A DNA stretch of 17,086 nucleotides from Candidatus Firestoneibacteriota bacterium. Lineage in GTDB: Bacteria > Oederibacteriota > D2-FULL-39-29 > JBDRBU01. Location of the stretch: contig JBDRBU010000054.1 in NCBI GenBank assembly GCA_043822305.1, positions 1 to 17,086 of the forward strand. Reading direction: 5' to 3'. Both the position numbers and the translations under genes were made by a program. Under the pieces are notes generated by a model, which was not told the DNA's origin, did no database searches, and was given only the letters and a program-made list of their open reading frames with translations. This document shows, one piece after another, positions 16,301 to 17,086 of this stretch. Numbering within the stretch: the stretch's first letter is position 1; each line of letters starts with the position of its first letter.

Positions 16301-16703
16301 TACCAATAGCATTCCAACCAGAATGAAGAGTTCTTTGAAATAATCTTTGAGCAGGAGTTAAGTCAAAATTATAATTTAATCTTAAGGTTTGATCTTGTCC
16401 TGTTTTATTATTTATAAAATATGCGAAAAGAGGTTGAAATTCAGTCTGCCCAATTCCCTGCATTGTTTGCCATCCAGAAGGAGAAGTTGGATCTAATAAA
16501 TATATATCAAAATTATCTGATGTTTGTGCGACTGAAAATTCGTGGCTTGATAGAATTTTGGGAGTGGAGACTATATTCCATCCAGAAATCAGAGTTATTG
16601 TTTGATAGTCTACCACAGCCGCTTTTACACTTTGATTAACAGAAAAAAGTCCAACAAGTAAAAGTGTGGTTAAAATTACGTAAAGCTTTAGAGAATTTTT
16701 CAT
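13326..16703 (-). CDS. Large secreted S-layer/adhesin-like protein with an InlB-B/Flg_new-type repeat and tandem beta-sandwich repeats
   Basis: Signal peptide; GWNIVSTP/GWNAIG motifs; YTLTYTAGANGSITG...VTAVPASGHHFVNWSD repeat; recurring FTAxxEDIxLSS...KLYDGATQ units; Thr/Ser/Gly-rich. Confidence 0.8.
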   Translation of the reverse strand: MKNSLKLYVILTTLLLVGLFSVNQSVKAAVVDYQTITLISGWNIVSTPKILSSHEFSVAQTSDNFDIYLLDPTSPSGWQTMQGIGQTEFQPLFAYFINNKTGQDQTLRLNYNFDLTPAQRLFQRTLHSGWNAIGIASPSYALPQNSTNADINNPSNILSSITGSIGQVIDFTNGNTSLDSPAISNNWLSKIASDVNSLNDFRELKGYGIFVTSTTDNYIGSQNLSLPIQYTLTYTAGANGSITGTSSQIVPSGLNGTTVTAVPASGHHFVNWSDELTVNPRTDTNVTADINITANFGVISQSSGMTITLDGATNPSAKSFVNGTSGQLLSAFRFTAGPEENLRVSRLKLSLGGTGAGTTDINNLALYRYDEATGVEILIDSATNFVGTTATFGADSIGLDSGIFDVVKSNHVVIHVRADIPNSASYTTIGIYVNEVKVDGILSQGNLVSEIINISAVDTLGEVTNHTANASVGTIAMATSSSTPTTQAVAPGTTDFEFLAVDFTASREDIILSSVVVNLYDAADQSNVAQAADFVNVKLWDGATQLGSTVSSPTSTAAFSINLTLAKDVIKTLKVTSDIPSDTVSANRWDTYTASIAIDADIYATGVSSGAVVADPGVDALGQNMTALLPGTLTVSFLSLDSTTQIINTANAELAKVVLTGGADEDIRVSSIKFTTGSDTELTYSGATDYYIGSLKLYDGATQVGTVISAFTDSGSITTVQFAGLSVIIPKATQKVLTLKGNILVGSNVGIATGIADLTGTTDVIGTGLSSYITIYGTGTDTANSGVITLVSAGTLAVAVASDTPVAANVAVGASGVDGVVFNKIRFTATNEAINLEALNIYLQTDGINNVPDIEAIHLYNGSTEVSAPGYLTGDSSGADVAHTFYISGVQVPKDGSVTLTLKVDLNGISEGATSNHTPRFYLTDITGAANLSAAGIKAVGASSGATVTSVAGSPNPETAINFNEMTLAKTKPTFALSTGTPSGTLVAGTMRVLDFNITADAKGDVIFTTGDSITFTVLGSQNDNDTTTDTITVYRADTDALVGISSGAEVLTVGATSAVQITDTIPAGTTRNYYVECTLTDFENDGDSFALKINSTLWNDGIVNVSNALTSGLPVNGLYFVNPS

Positions 16704-16749
16704 TTGATTCTAATTATATTAAATTATAATAAATTATCTATCCGCTTTT

Positions 16750-16778
16750 ACTATCACTTAAAAAACAATAAATGTCAA
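16750..16778 (-). promoter_or_regulatory. Possible sigma70 promoter for the surface-protein cluster
   Basis: TTGACA (16778-16773), 17 nt spacer, GATAGT. Confidence 0.4.
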
Positions 16779-16800
16779 GGTAGAATAAGCTAAATTTATT

Positions 16801-16834
16801 AATAATAAAAACCACGAGAAAAACTCTCGGGCAA
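16801..16834 (-). repeat. Conserved hairpin module, copy 4 (-10 box degenerate)
   Basis: Minus strand TTGCCCGAGAGTTTTTCTCGTGGTTTTTATTATT. Confidence 0.75.
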
Positions 16835-16849
16835 CAATTATACAACTCA

Positions 16850-16870
16850 GCTCACCAGATAGGACTCGAA
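16850..16870 (-). mobile_element. Candidate att site S5: tRNA 3'-end-like fragment (T-loop + acceptor strand)
   Basis: Minus strand TTCGAGTCC-TATCTGGTGA-GC resembles a tRNA 3' half (tRNA-Asn-like TTCGAGTCC-N10-GCCA); no 5' tRNA half is present; 15 nt upstream of module copy 4. Confidence 0.5.
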
Positions 16871-16938
16871 TTCTTTTTTATTTCAGACCCTCGCTAAACT
16901 CCTTCTTCTTGCTTTATTCCTAGGAAATAATTGAGTAG

Positions 16939-17085
16939 TCACGAACACAGAAAAGGTTGGATTGTGGGGACAATCCATTCTTCTTCGGCATCAGGTCCTT
17001 CCGGAGAAGGAAGGATTTCGTTGAAAATAATACCAGTAGGATAAGTTTTCTTTGGTTGTGTTTCTTGGTTGTCGGATGTTGTATT
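16939..17085 (-). pseudogene. 3' end of a gene whose lamin-tail domain (LTD) is truncated
   Basis: ...YPTGIIFNEILPSPEGPDAEEEWI then VPTIQPFLCS*; the LTD opening motif (I-x-NE...EWIE) stops right after EWI. The gene runs off the window. Confidence 0.6.
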
Positions 17086-17086
17086 T

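Noticed and set aside
435..16639. Shadow ORFs (435-704, 1067-1321, 3139-3441, 3840-4253, 7190-7375, 7584-7787, 12308-12565, 12695-12877, 13654-13941, 14680-14931, 15532-15906, 16421-16639)
   Set aside because: All overlap longer, motif-supported genes on the opposite strand or in another frame and show no recognisable motifs.
913..16834. Classical integron attC sites
   Set aside because: No RYYYAAC...GTTRRRY-bounded long imperfect palindromes were recognised after genes and no IntI is present; the repeated hairpin lies upstream of genes instead.
16850..16930. Complete tRNA gene
   Set aside because: Only a T-loop/acceptor-like 3' fragment is present; no D arm, anticodon arm or complementary 5' acceptor strand.

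Overview
AT-rich bacterial accessory region, probably from a Patescibacteria/CPR-type genome (inferred from gene content, not from a marker gene). The left two-thirds is a defence-like island: an HpyAV/Hin4II-style R-M operon (fused m5C+m6A methyltransferase, an extra PD-(D/E)XK-like ORF and an HNH endonuclease), a DUF4238 protein, two HEPN-like proteins, an Ntn-hydrolase/proteasome-beta-like protein and an HEXXH membrane protein. The right third is a minus-strand surface-protein cluster (large S-layer/adhesin-like, dockerin and cohesin-like proteins). The most striking signal lies between genes: at least five copies of a candidate recombination site (GTTCTAA-N5-TCC followed by a tRNA-acceptor-like 10-mer). 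On the opposite strand four of them read as orphan 'D-x-x-R-T' peptide tails resembling serine-recombinase C-termini. Three of them are coupled to a conserved CCCGAGA-N5-TCTCGGG hairpin module, whose extended -10 box sits 6 nt before the ATG of both HEPN-like genes. Serine-recombinase N-terminal stubs, three paralogues of a small helical protein and genes truncated at or near these sites suggest a recombinase-built, integron-like cassette array. No intact recombinase is in the window, so the mechanism is inferred.
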